This document shows positions 1 through 8,919 of a DNA stretch of 34,758 nt, piece after piece. Position 1 is the first letter of the stretch. The number at the start of each line of letters is the position of its first letter. The stretch comes from a virus (Duplodnaviria > Caudoviricetes), in IMG/VR virus record IMGVR_UViG_3300044448_006145, positions 1 to 34,758 of that record; one strand, 5' to 3'. Below the pieces are notes generated by a model. The model worked only from the letters and a program-made list of their open reading frames with translations, was not told the origin of the DNA and made no database searches. Made by a program: the position numbers and the translations under genes.

Positions 1-498
1 GCCTAAATGATAAATCAGCTCGGGGCCATTTTCAGCCTGAATCAATGCGTCAGCCACACCTGGAGGCAAGTCAGGTATAGAGTCTGCTACTTCGGCAAAA
101 TCATCTTTACCAAAAGCCACTATACGGGTATTAAAGCCTTCCTGTATAGTTTCTGCATTTCGTTTAGATTCTTCCGCCCTTCGCCTATCTTCTTGAGCTT
201 TTACAGCCGCTTCAACCTTCGCATCAATGAGCGCTTGCTGATACTCCCCATCATCATAGTCAAAGTCCTCTAACTTGGGAGTACCACCGTCATTCGGCAA
301 TTTTGACTTTAGATCATTCAACTGCTTTTCAAGCTCATCAGCTCGGCGTTTCTCGGCGTACTTCTCAGCCGTTATTTTGTTTACACGCTTTTGAAAGCCA
401 TCTTCTTTAACGCCTTTCTCTTGCGATTGCTCGGGTGCTGAATCCGAATTTTCAATAGTCTCTACAGACTCTTGAATTTCAGCTTGCTCGTCACTCAT
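1..498 (-). CDS. P22-like scaffolding protein, 5' part (continues across the junction; about 229 aa in total)
   Basis: ATG at 498 with SD GGAAGGTG; MSDEQAEIQESVE...FQKRVNKITAEKY...PKLEDFDYD; in frame with the 34440-34751 ORF; lies between portal and coat. Confidence 0.85.
   Translation of the reverse strand, partial: MSDEQAEIQESVETIENSDSAPEQSQEKGVKEDGFQKRVNKITAEKYAEKRRADELEKQLNDLKSKLPNDGGTPKLEDFDYDDGEYQQALIDAKVEAAVKAQEDRRRAEESKRNAETIQEGFNTRIVAFGKDDFAEVADSIPDLPPGVADALIQAENGPELIYHLG
2..127 (+). repeat. Terminal direct repeat, left copy (circular assembly overlap)
   Basis: 2-127 is identical to 34633-34758; base 1 (G) mismatches 34632 (C). Confidence 0.95.
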
Positions 499-533
499 AT
501 TTCACCTTCCGGTTGATTTAAAGCCCCTATACG

Positions 534-2687
534 CTAGGGTTGGCGTACATCCACATCTTGACCTACAGACGCGGACGGTTGCCCCACGGTTAGGCGCGGG
601 GCCACTTCTGCTTGAGCCTGAATAGCACCTTCAACAATACTTTGCGCTTGTTCGCTGTTTGGCCCTTCGTCTATCTCTTGTTGACTTTCTTCGATTATAT
701 CTTGCTGCTTGACTCTTATGTCGTGATCTGACTTACTAAATGGTATTCCAGCCTCCGATTGAGTTTTATAAGCATCTATAAGAGTTTTATATGACTGTAT
801 TGTCGCTTGCTGCGCCTTAAGTAGTTTACTCGTCGTGTCAGCGTCTTGATTATCAATATCAGACATTAGCTTTTCTGTCTGCATATTGATATTATCAGTT
901 ATTGCGACTTGCTGAGGGTCCGGCTGCTGAGGCTGATCTAACCCTAGCTTTTCTATCTCGTCATCTGTTGGCTCAATAACCCCTTGCACTATCATCTGCT
1001 TTCTGACTCGCTTAGTAAGCTCTTTAGCTTCAAGTATCGGAAGGTCTTTAGCGACCAAATCCATTGCTAACGCTTCAAAGGTCGGGGATTTTGCTATTAG
1101 ATCGATTATTTGATTCGCTGACTCTTCTCTTTGTGTAGCAAAGGCGGGACCAGTATCAACAGAAACTTGATACTTACCTCGCTTAAGGTCATTTACAATA
1201 ACCTTCTCGCCAGTCTGCCTGTCGATGATAGTCTGGTTTATTACAACCTTTTCCGCATCCCCATCGCGTGCAAGTATCTGCTCTTGTCTTTCAGTATCGT
1301 ATATTTTTGGTACAAGGTCTAACAATATTTCGCCTGTGTATCTAATTGATTTCTCCTTGTTATCAAAATAAATGTACGACCCTCGATCTCCTAGCCTCTC
1401 TTGTGCTTGTATCGCTTTTCCGCTTTTAAGCTCTGGATTTGCACCGAGTGATGGTGGTTGCATGTTAGTAACGTGATAAAGATCCGTACTCGCTTGCTGT
1501 ATCTGCTGAACGAATGCCGCTTGCACCGAAGGGGCCCCGCCCCTAGCAGGGGGACCAGGGGCCAGGGGGTCTGCGTTATAAAGCATGAATGGGCTGTTGC
1601 GAGCATTAAAGTTCTTCAGCCTTTCTTCGTGCCCGCTTGCTTGCGCGGGGGTGATCCATATCGGGTCTTTAGGGGTTAAAGCGGCAGTCTCTATAGCCGC
1701 ACTGGTTGAGTAGTTATAAATTCTGTTGGCGTCCTTCGCAAATCTAACGAGCCCCCTACAGTATGTCATACCTTCTATATAAGTTGTCCTACCGTACATA
1801 GGCACGAGCGGTATAAACTTGCCGGCCCATGGTTCAGGACCTTTCAAGACCCCACCACCATCAATAATATACCGCTCAACCTTGTGGCTTTCCCTTGAAC
1901 TGGTCTTTACCACGCTTATACCTTGTGAAAGAAGCTCATCAAGAACCGCTTCTTCTTCATCCAGGTCTATGACTCGACCATCCGACAGCAAAGCGATATT
2001 TTTCTTTATCGGAGTCTTGACCCAATACTCAGCGACTCGCACCATATCATCGCCAAACCAGTTAAGGCAACGCTGGTGAGAATACCTTTCTTGATTGAAG
2101 TTAATAGCTAGTGAATCAGGATACTTGCTTTTATGCTCTTCCTTTGTCATTTCTTCCATAACCATGGCCCACGTAGCATCACGCTTATCATAATGCTTTG
2201 CGCCAGGGTCAAACCACAAGGAAGTTGTAGCGCCACGGATTGGCTCGATCCTTATCTCTTGTTCAAATGAATCGTCGTCAACGAAGTCTGTTATGACTCG
2301 CCACCCGCCGAACCCCCCGTTAACAACTTCGTCGAATGCTTCGTCATACGAATCGGTGGCGTTTGAATCTTCTTCAATATTACGTATTAGACCTGATAAA
2401 ATTTTGGCCACTTCTTCGGTGGCACCGCCTTTCTTAGGCTTAATTTTAATATCTGTCCGGTTTTGCCTCTGATCCCCCGTAAGCTGATCAATAGCGCCAG
2501 CAACCCTATTAATAGTGTATCGTGGGCGGCCCTTTCTTTTTTCGATCGCGTCAGAGTCCCACTGACCATCTTCAGTCTGTGCAAAGCGTAAATCCTCAAC
2601 AGCGAGCCTTCGCTGTTCTCGCTCTTTAGATTCAACTTGTTCGAAGCGCTTCATCGCCTCTTCATGTATGGTATTTAACTCTGACAT
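534..2687 (-). CDS. P22-like portal protein
   Basis: 717 aa directly after terL; EDLRF..GQW, RPRYTINR, VRVAEYW, GLVRFAKDA, SGKAI and Q-rich C-terminal barrel typical of P22 gp1. Confidence 0.92.
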   Translation of the reverse strand: MSELNTIHEEAMKRFEQVESKEREQRRLAVEDLRFAQTEDGQWDSDAIEKRKGRPRYTINRVAGAIDQLTGDQRQNRTDIKIKPKKGGATEEVAKILSGLIRNIEEDSNATDSYDEAFDEVVNGGFGGWRVITDFVDDDSFEQEIRIEPIRGATTSLWFDPGAKHYDKRDATWAMVMEEMTKEEHKSKYPDSLAINFNQERYSHQRCLNWFGDDMVRVAEYWVKTPIKKNIALLSDGRVIDLDEEEAVLDELLSQGISVVKTSSRESHKVERYIIDGGGVLKGPEPWAGKFIPLVPMYGRTTYIEGMTYCRGLVRFAKDANRIYNYSTSAAIETAALTPKDPIWITPAQASGHEERLKNFNARNSPFMLYNADPLAPGPPARGGAPSVQAAFVQQIQQASTDLYHVTNMQPPSLGANPELKSGKAIQAQERLGDRGSYIYFDNKEKSIRYTGEILLDLVPKIYDTERQEQILARDGDAEKVVINQTIIDRQTGEKVIVNDLKRGKYQVSVDTGPAFATQREESANQIIDLIAKSPTFEALAMDLVAKDLPILEAKELTKRVRKQMIVQGVIEPTDDEIEKLGLDQPQQPDPQQVAITDNINMQTEKLMSDIDNQDADTTSKLLKAQQATIQSYKTLIDAYKTQSEAGIPFSKSDHDIRVKQQDIIEESQQEIDEGPNSEQAQSIVEGAIQAQAEVAPRLTVGQPSASVGQDVDVRQP

Positions 2688-4213
2688 TAAAACTCTGACT
2701 CACATTCAAAATCAATCACATTGGCAACTGGCTCTGTAAAAGTGAGCGCGGCCGCGTCTCCAAAATCAGGACTAAAACGGTATTCCTTGACAATCCTCTC
2801 TTTTGCCCAAAGAACACGCCTATTATCTACATCTAAATTGTATGGTGATGCACAGAAATCCGCTTGGATCTCATCGTCATCTGGTATATCAGCAAGCATG
2901 TTTTCATCTGACAGCCAAAAAGCCAATTCACCCCACATTTCGTTGCGCTTATTCTTGTATTTAACGGGGTTAAGCGGCGTGGAGCCAAAATGTATAGCCT
3001 TTACTTTAGCACTATATCCAAGCTCATGCAATCTGTCCACTATATCAGCCCCCGCACCGTAATCCACAAACATCTTATCAGGCTTTTTACCGGCGACAGG
3101 GTCTACAGTGTCGAGTATCCTTTTGCATATAGCGACGTTCTTACCTAAAGAGTCGCACTCAGACTTTCGGTAAGACTCTTTGCCGTACATCTTCCTGCCT
3201 TGCCTGCGGATTATTGCAAACCTATCCCCACCTCTAGATGGGTCCACACCAACAATTAGTGGGCCATTGCCGTTTGCAGTATTCTTCCTAGCCTTCATGC
3301 ACTGTTCAGAAGTAATTAATCCGCCACCACCCGTGGCTTGGAAAGCCTCCGCGGCGTTCATGGGGTATTCTTGCTTAAAAGCTGATTCCCCGTTAGCCCC
3401 ATCGCTTGTTAACTCTGTTACTTTAACCCTTCTCCATTGTAACTGTTCGTTGCTAAGCCCATAATGCTCTTTAAGCTCCAACTCTTTTTCTGTGAGATTA
3501 AAGTCATCGGGAACAACCTTGGCGTATTCTTTTTGCCAGAACCACGGGACAAAGATGGCTTGAAATTCTGACCTACCGCTTTCCGCGAGCTTCCACTGCT
3601 GATGAAAAAAGTTCCCGACACCATTTGCGGTACTCTCGAAAATTATTTCAGTGCCATCACCATCAGGTATGGCTTGCATGACGCCTTTTGTATGATCCGC
3701 TGCGTTTTGCCAGAATGCGACCTCCGATCCATGAAAATACTGTATCGTCTGCCCTCGCCCAACAGCCTTATTACCAGCTGTCCCTATTTTATAGCCCGAA
3801 TCAAGGTCGGCAAACTGCAATTCTTTGGCATTTGAAGCTGATATTGAAGGCTTAACGAAGCGCGGAAGGTTATCATAATAGCGCTCGGTCATCTCAAATA
3901 TTGCGTTGGTGGATTCTGCTTCATGCGTTAGTATAAACGCACGCACACCCCTATTATGACTAACTTTCCACATAAAACGACCCTCAACGTAAGTGGAAAC
4001 GCCCTGCTGCCTACCCTTCAATATTATTGCGCGAACTTTTCCTGTACGCTCTTTCTGCTCTTCAATCTTGGAATGTACATACTCTTGCGCGGAGTTAAGC
4101 ACAAGCGGCGATAGTCCCTCATTCTTCGTACGTATCTTCAGGCAGTTTTTACCATAGTACTCATAGTCATCCTTAAGTCGCTGCCTTTGCTCTAATCCAA
4201 TGATCTCAGCCAC
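2687..4213 (-). CDS. terL: Terminase large subunit
   Basis: ILKGRQQGVST (Walker A), FHGSEVAFW (Walker B region), ESTANG coupling motif, GVDPSRGGD and SPDFGDA nuclease motifs. Confidence 0.95.
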   Translation of the reverse strand: MAEIIGLEQRQRLKDDYEYYGKNCLKIRTKNEGLSPLVLNSAQEYVHSKIEEQKERTGKVRAIILKGRQQGVSTYVEGRFMWKVSHNRGVRAFILTHEAESTNAIFEMTERYYDNLPRFVKPSISASNAKELQFADLDSGYKIGTAGNKAVGRGQTIQYFHGSEVAFWQNAADHTKGVMQAIPDGDGTEIIFESTANGVGNFFHQQWKLAESGRSEFQAIFVPWFWQKEYAKVVPDDFNLTEKELELKEHYGLSNEQLQWRRVKVTELTSDGANGESAFKQEYPMNAAEAFQATGGGGLITSEQCMKARKNTANGNGPLIVGVDPSRGGDRFAIIRRQGRKMYGKESYRKSECDSLGKNVAICKRILDTVDPVAGKKPDKMFVDYGAGADIVDRLHELGYSAKVKAIHFGSTPLNPVKYKNKRNEMWGELAFWLSDENMLADIPDDDEIQADFCASPYNLDVDNRRVLWAKERIVKEYRFSPDFGDAAALTFTEPVANVIDFECESEF

Positions 4214-4572
4214 TCCTCGTGCGTCATATCAACGTTAACTTGTGTAGTCCTGTTAGCGTCAAACCCACCGGTATAATCGGATAGCGCCTTTAGGGCGCTT
4301 ATTCTAGTTGCCGATGTCGAATCCTCACATTCCCCAAACGCTTCCTTCATCAGCCCCCTAACAACGTCCTCAGTCGTTATTAAGACGATTTTAGCCACCT
4401 TTTTCTTGTAATCTTCTATATATTTGGATACATCAGGCTTTTTTAAGATCTCGAACCCTATCTGCCTTGCGGTTTTCTCGGAGTAGCCCGCGCTTATTGC
4501 CGCCTGTGTCGCGTTAAACCCGTTAGAGACATAGTACTCACAAAATAGCTTTTGTTTGCTTGTAAGCTTCAT
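4192..4572 (-). CDS. terS: Terminase small subunit
   Basis: LTSKQKLFCEYY..NATQAAISAGYSEKTARQIG, the Terminase_2 HTH signature; overlaps terL. Confidence 0.93.
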   Translation of the reverse strand: MKLTSKQKLFCEYYVSNGFNATQAAISAGYSEKTARQIGFEILKKPDVSKYIEDYKKKVAKIVLITTEDVVRGLMKEAFGECEDSTSATRISALKALSDYTGGFDANRTTQVNVDMTHEEWLRSLD

Positions 4573-4883
4573 GGATTAACCCTAAAAATCGAAAAGTCGG
4601 TTTGCCTGATATCGGAAGGTGAAAATTTCAACTTAGCCTTCATTCTCCACCTTCCACTGTAGTCCAAGTCCGACTCACTAGAAGTCACGTACTCGACATA
4701 TTCATTAGCGGCGATAGTGACACCTCCAACGGTGACAGGGACGTTTGGAATAGTGCCGATAAATTCCTTCTTCTCCCCTATTTCCGGTTCGGCTATTATC
4801 GTAGCATTTGTTGCAGCGCTAATATCCTCCGACAGATTTATTCTTAGTGGTTGACCCACCTCACCGACATTTAACCCACTCAT
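4569..4883 (-). CDS. Small beta-sandwich protein (BppU-N/Ig-like), putative virion accessory
   Basis: 104 aa; YVEYVT..DLDYSGRW..AKL..F pattern; ATGA overlaps with both neighbours. Confidence 0.55.
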   Translation of the reverse strand: MSGLNVGEVGQPLRINLSEDISAATNATIIAEPEIGEKKEFIGTIPNVPVTVGGVTIAANEYVEYVTSSESDLDYSGRWRMKAKLKFSPSDIRQTDFSIFRVNP

Positions 4884-5113
4884 AAATTACCACCCATTAA
4901 AACTCCCGCGCCACCGGCGGTGGAGTCCATTAAAACTCCCGCGCCGCCGGTGGTGGAGTCCATTAAAACTCCCCGATTAACACTATCACCGCTTATCAAA
5001 ACCCCGCTCGAAACAGGTACAGACGGGGGAACTATAATAATTACAACTTTACCAGCGAATGAGCCATAAGGTGCTCGCGTTATGCCTGATAATCCTAACC
5101 GCGTTTTGGCCAT
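4880..5113 (-). CDS. Hypothetical protein with 11-aa internal repeat
   Basis: 77 aa, translationally coupled; GVLMDST(T/A)GGA repeat. Confidence 0.65.
   Translation of the reverse strand: MAKTRLGLSGITRAPYGSFAGKVVIIIVPPSVPVSSGVLISGDSVNRGVLMDSTTGGAGVLMDSTAGGAGVLMGGNL
4894..4973. repeat. 33-bp tandem repeat x2.4 (coding)
   Basis: CCATTAAAACTCCC at 4894, 4927 and 4960. Confidence 0.9.
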
Positions 5114-6432
5114 TATACTATCACAAAGTTATCTGTGGCGCTCGGTGCTGTCGTAAGCGCTGTTACTGTTAGCGTGCCTGTCGATCCCGTGTAATCAGTA
5201 ATGTCAGTGGCTTGACCTGCTACTGCACCACTCGTAAATACAACTACACGACCTATATAGTGATCGTCTGTGGATTCTGCAAGGTCGGTCTGTATCACTG
5301 TGTTTGTTGGCGTACCTTCGCACGCTCCCGAGACTATACCAAGTACGGATGATGATAAATTGGTCGCTGCTGTGGCATCGCCCGCTATAGCGCTCGCGTT
5401 CGAGTCCATGCGCCCACTAACAAGCGCCGCAGGTAGCCGCGTTTGTATGTCCTGCGTGTCAAGCTCCACCCTATCGACAACGACATCTAGCGCCGCAATT
5501 AATCCCGGCACGTCATCAGTTTGCAGCTCGTTAGTATCGACTAAAACAGCATCAACGTTGGCATCTATCGTATCTATTTTAGTTTCATTTGTGTCGCCCT
5601 GCGCGGTTAACTCATCAAGAATTAAATCCAACCGGCCACCATTAACCCAATCGCTTTGCAGCTCGTTAGTATCAACTAAAACAGCGTCAACGTTAGAGTC
5701 CACTGTCGCTATATCTGCGCTAAGGCTCGCACCCACCGGAGCCCCGAGCCTTGCGAAACTGTCGCCCGTTTGCGCCGTGTGACCGTTAAGGTTATCAACA
5801 TACCCCGCTCGTGTGGCCGTCCAGTTTGAAGCAAGCGCTGCGCTATCTGTGCCACGCATATCGCTATTAGTTGTGGTCGTGTCAACCAATACAACTCCCT
5901 GAACCTTATTTGTAGCAGGATCATAGCCTAAATCCGCAAAATCTTTTAAATCTGTGAGCGATTGCGTAACGCCACCTAATTGCGTAACGTTAGCCGCAAC
6001 CGTTGCTGTAACACTACCCACTGCGCCGGTAACACTACCCACTGCGCCGGTAACGCTAGCTACTGACCCAACAACGTTACCATCCACATTGCCTGATATG
6101 TCGCCATCGGATGCAATACCCAGTACATTGAAGTTCGCTGGTCGGGTCCAGATCGCCCCAGGTACGCCGATCACCTGAACATTAGCCGTTGCGCTTGTAG
6201 GGTGTATCGATAAAAGATCTCCATTAGCTTCTGCCGCCGTAATGTCAAAAACGTAATAACCCTCTTCTAGTTCGGTGGGGTTTACGTCATCGACGGCATT
6301 GGCTGCACCCCCGTCAATTCGAATGTTAGCCGTTATGTTTGCCGCGTCGCCTGTTATTGCTTGGCCTGCGCTGGCGTGGTCCGGCAAGCCGTAAGCGAAA
6401 ACCACCCACTTACCTGCTGTGTTTTTTTCCAT
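5113..6432 (-). CDS. Acidic, repeat-rich fibre-like structural protein
   Basis: 439 aa rich in A/D/T/G/V; VGSVTGA repeats; duplicated NVDAVLVDTNELQ segment; globular N- and C-terminal domains. Confidence 0.7.
   Translation of the reverse strand: MEKNTAGKWVVFAYGLPDHASAGQAITGDAANITANIRIDGGAANAVDDVNPTELEEGYYVFDITAAEANGDLLSIHPTSATANVQVIGVPGAIWTRPANFNVLGIASDGDISGNVDGNVVGSVASVTGAVGSVTGAVGSVTATVAANVTQLGGVTQSLTDLKDFADLGYDPATNKVQGVVLVDTTTTNSDMRGTDSAALASNWTATRAGYVDNLNGHTAQTGDSFARLGAPVGASLSADIATVDSNVDAVLVDTNELQSDWVNGGRLDLILDELTAQGDTNETKIDTIDANVDAVLVDTNELQTDDVPGLIAALDVVVDRVELDTQDIQTRLPAALVSGRMDSNASAIAGDATAATNLSSSVLGIVSGACEGTPTNTVIQTDLAESTDDHYIGRVVVFTSGAVAGQATDITDYTGSTGTLTVTALTTAPSATDNFVIV
6007..6054. 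repeat. 21-bp tandem repeat (VGSVTGA)
   Basis: GTAACACTACCCACTGCGCCG x2 plus a partial copy. Confidence 0.85.
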
Positions 6433-7179
6433 TTATAGACTCGCTCCGGTCAATAGTGATTTGTAATATTCATCATATGCGCTACCAACCACTGGTGGGG
6501 ATGAAGATTTTAAAAAATAATCCTCATTGTTAGCACTATACAACAATTCCCTAGGGTTGTTGTATAGTTGCTGAATTTGAGAGTGATTTGGTGCCACAGC
6601 GCCATGCATCGCGTGGTATACAATTATATCTGTAGCCTCCTGGATCGCGTTATTACGCCCATTACCAATGAAAACCGGATTCCGGCTTAGTGTCTTACTA
6701 GAAGTGTCTGTGGCGTGTATCTCGCCGTCCAGATACATCGTAAAATTAGAACCCTCTTTGACTACCCAAAGGTCGTAAGTTTCACCGGCGGTGTTAGGGT
6801 GACGCATGCTAAGATCATTACCAGAATTATAGTATTCCACGTTATTCTCAGTTATTTTAAAGAAACGCAACAGACCGGAGTAGCTATTGTATCGGTTACC
6901 GAATATTACATTGGAATTGGCTATAGAAGACCTCAATTTATATTTTATCTGCCAGAAATAACAGGAATCAGCGTCAAGGTCTGGCTGGTCTGTATTAGTA
7001 ACTAAACCACAACTAGAATCCAATCTTATCCCCCCACCAACTGGTGCGGGCGTAGTAGATGAACTGGTATTTACAGAATTCAGTTGGTGAGGCGTGCACA
7101 GATTATTCATTGCGGGGTCATCAGAGAACCAACACCCGATTAAATGCGGGTATAGGGGGTGTCGTCTATCTAATCTCAT
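6433..7179 (-). CDS. LamG/concanavalin A-like lectin domain protein
   Basis: 248 aa; LIGCWF, LWVVKEGSNFTMYLDG, VFIG and QIQQLYNNP, typical of Laminin_G_3 phage proteins. Confidence 0.7.
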   Translation of the reverse strand: MRLDRRHPLYPHLIGCWFSDDPAMNNLCTPHQLNSVNTSSSTTPAPVGGGIRLDSSCGLVTNTDQPDLDADSCYFWQIKYKLRSSIANSNVIFGNRYNSYSGLLRFFKITENNVEYYNSGNDLSMRHPNTAGETYDLWVVKEGSNFTMYLDGEIHATDTSSKTLSRNPVFIGNGRNNAIQEATDIIVYHAMHGAVAPNHSQIQQLYNNPRELLYSANNEDYFLKSSSPPVVGSAYDEYYKSLLTGASL

Positions 7180-7634
7180 GCGTGAGGGCCAAAAGCAATT
7201 GGCGTTATGCTAGCGGTCCAACCGGCTGAGATCGTCTGGTCCGCGTTGTTAGCCAAATAAAATTCATACTGCTGAGAACTTTTCACTGCCACCAAATCAA
7301 CTTCAACTGCAAAATATTGGGCGCTCGTAACATTATCTATCGCTACAGACCCGACATATGACATTTGATTGTCATCGTCCGGGGTTGACTCGTCGTTAGT
7401 GCCATTGATATTAAGCTTTCTCATATAAAGCCTGATTGTGTCGCCTGCGGTAGGTGCCGTGGCAAAAGTCACAGATATATCGATTGTTGCCTTTTCTGTG
7501 TCGTCGTCATTTGTCCAAGTGGCAATGTCCGCCGCCACTGAGTAAGAGCCAGCCGTCACCGAGCTTGTCGAACCATCGTCAAGGCTATCTCTCGTACCAA
7601 AAAATTTTATTCTCGCGTCTGTACTTATCGCCAT
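7176..7634 (-). CDS. Hypothetical beta-rich structural protein
   Basis: Start re-called at ATG 7634 (MAISTDARIKFFG), next to the upstream stop; 152 aa, S/T/D-rich. Confidence 0.65.
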   Translation of the reverse strand: MAISTDARIKFFGTRDSLDDGSTSSVTAGSYSVAADIATWTNDDDTEKATIDISVTFATAPTAGDTIRLYMRKLNINGTNDESTPDDDNQMSYVGSVAIDNVTSAQYFAVEVDLVAVKSSQQYEFYLANNADQTISAGWTASITPIAFGPHA

Positions 7635-7635
7635 G

Positions 7636-8085
7636 TTAGCTATCTCTTGCCGCAAACCAGTCTTTTAAAGTTATCGTAGTATCATAGCCGAATAAATCTT
7701 GCGCCCTGCTTGCAGGCTCTACCTGCAAATCTTGCATTGTAGACACCGTAACGCTATTAACCCCGAAAATCTCTAAAAATCTTTTTTCGTAAGCCCCGAA
7801 TGTTACGCTATCAGGCTGATATAGCATCGATTTAACGATACATTTATCATACTCGGAAAGGCTTTGAAACTCTATAGGGTATACCGACAAAGCGACCTGT
7901 GACGCGACCAGTTCACTAGACGGTCGCTTTGTCGTCGAGCCGTTAGGGTTACTGTCTGGCGAATTTAATTTTTTTAGAATTGATTTTGGGTTATCTATAT
8001 CGCTTGAGTACCCCACACCGGCGGGGTCAACAGTGACCTCTGATTTTAAACTTAATAAATGCTCTTGGTTATCTTTGCTAAACAT
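7636..8085 (-). CDS. Hypothetical protein
   Basis: 149 aa in operon; LKSEVTVDPAGVGY...SRAQDLFG. Confidence 0.7.
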   Translation of the reverse strand: MFSKDNQEHLLSLKSEVTVDPAGVGYSSDIDNPKSILKKLNSPDSNPNGSTTKRPSSELVASQVALSVYPIEFQSLSEYDKCIVKSMLYQPDSVTFGAYEKRFLEIFGVNSVTVSTMQDLQVEPASRAQDLFGYDTTITLKDWFAARDS

Positions 8086-8087
8086 GG

Positions 8088-8384
8088 CTACTTGGCACGC
8101 TCTCTAATCTCTCTCACATCCTGCCGAATCATTTCTAAAAGCTTAAAATTTGATTCTAGCAAAGCTGAATTCCTATCGCTACTTTTTTCTACGGCACCCA
8201 TGTTTTCCTTAAGCTTGCTTAACTCTTGGCGGTTAGCCTTATCACCTTCATCTATCTTTTCTAAAAGCCCTATGTAAGCGCTAGTACTACAACAAAGGAT
8301 AAGAGAAATAGCGGTTAGAACCCCTTTTAGGCGTGGGGGCTCCAAGGCCCCCACAATGCCGGCTAACTTTTCAACCATTTGCAC
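8088..8384 (-). CDS. Membrane-anchored coiled-coil protein
   Basis: One hydrophobic segment (VLTAISLILCC) followed by a heptad-rich C-terminus; SD AAGGT. Confidence 0.65.
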   Translation of the reverse strand: MQMVEKLAGIVGALEPPRLKGVLTAISLILCCSTSAYIGLLEKIDEGDKANRQELSKLKENMGAVEKSSDRNSALLESNFKLLEMIRQDVREIRERAK

Positions 8385-8452
8385 ACCTTAAATTTTATAG
8401 AAAGTGGCTGTTCATTGTTGCAGCAGTTTATATATTAATCAAGCTTTATCAG

Positions 8453-8611
8453 TCATATTTCTACAATCTTACGCTTGTCAAGTTCTACAATCTTACGCTT
8501 GTCAAGTTCTACAATCTTACGCTTGTCAAGTTCTACAATCTTACGCTTGTCAAGTTCTACAATCTTACGCTTGTCAAGTTCTACAATCTTACGCTTGTCA
8601 AGTTTTATCAT
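8453..8611 (-). CDS. Putative 52-aa repeat micro-protein MIK(LDKRKIVE)6I
   Basis: ATG at 8611 lies 14 nt inside the 3' end of the upstream gene; it uses the only stop-free minus-strand frame of the 24-bp array; no clear SD. Confidence 0.4.
   Translation of the reverse strand: MIKLDKRKIVELDKRKIVELDKRKIVELDKRKIVELDKRKIVELDKRKIVEI
8459..8602. repeat. Perfect 24-bp tandem array x6
   Basis: TTCTACAATCTTACGCTTGTCAAG at 8459, 8483, 8507, 8531, 8555 and 8579; no spacers. Confidence 0.97.
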
Positions 8612-8813
8612 GGGTGCCAAGCACAATTGATCGGGCGATAGATTCTATGGCTTCACGCTTATCTTGCTCCGCGTCCTTGTGCCCCCTCTGGCCCGCTGCA
8701 AGACACTTTTTAATCGCATGAGCCATAGCTGGGCACGTGATGTTAAAAGCTTTTAGGACGTCGTACACGTCCACATATACACCTGGAGTAATCTCTCTTA
8801 AGTATTTGTTCAT
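8598..8813 (-). CDS. Conserved small phage protein (DUF3310-like)
   Basis: ATG 8813 with SD AAGGGG; VDVYDVLKAFNITCPAMAHAIKKCLAAGQRGHKDAEQDKREA. Confidence 0.7.
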   Translation of the reverse strand: MNKYLREITPGVYVDVYDVLKAFNITCPAMAHAIKKCLAAGQRGHKDAEQDKREAIESIARSIVLGTHDKT

Positions 8814-8858
8814 TCCGGTTCCCTTTTGATTTCGCGCCACCGTAGTGGCCACTTGCTG

Positions 8859-8873
8859 ATAAGCATAACTTAT
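8859..8873. promoter_or_regulatory. Palindromic operator ATAAG-N5-CTTAT, copy 1
   Basis: ATAAGCATAACTTAT, identical to 11955-11969; overlaps the -10/+1 region. Confidence 0.65.
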
Positions 8874-8899
8874 TATACAACTGACCACTAAGGAGGCAA
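8872..8899 (-). promoter_or_regulatory. Sigma70-like promoter for the leftward morphogenesis operon
   Basis: TTGCCT-16 nt-TATAAT on the minus strand, with an upstream A-tract. Confidence 0.6.
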
Positions 8900-8919
8900 C
8901 GTATTTTTTGTAAACAATC

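Noticed and set aside
2-127. Biological terminal repeat
   Set aside because: The 126-127 bp length and mid-gene position fit a k-mer assembly overlap; the base-1 mismatch is probably an end error
1530-1570. G-run cluster in the portal gene
   Set aside because: Explained by Pro/Gly codons of the PLAPGPPARGGAP loop
8459-8602. CRISPR mini-array (ATTTCTAC resembles the start of the Cas12a repeat; a Cas4-like gene is present)
   Set aside because: No spacers and no Cas12a stem-loop; DUF2800 is a routine replication-module nuclease
8459-8602. Tandem sigma70 promoters from TTGACA or TACAAT in each unit
   Set aside because: The hexamers do not pair at 16-18 bp spacing with a good partner within the array
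8333-8721. Plus-strand repeat ORFs (FYNLTLVK)n and (VLQSYACQ)n
   Set aside because: Antisense to the operon and overlapping real genes; open only because the unit lacks plus-strand stops
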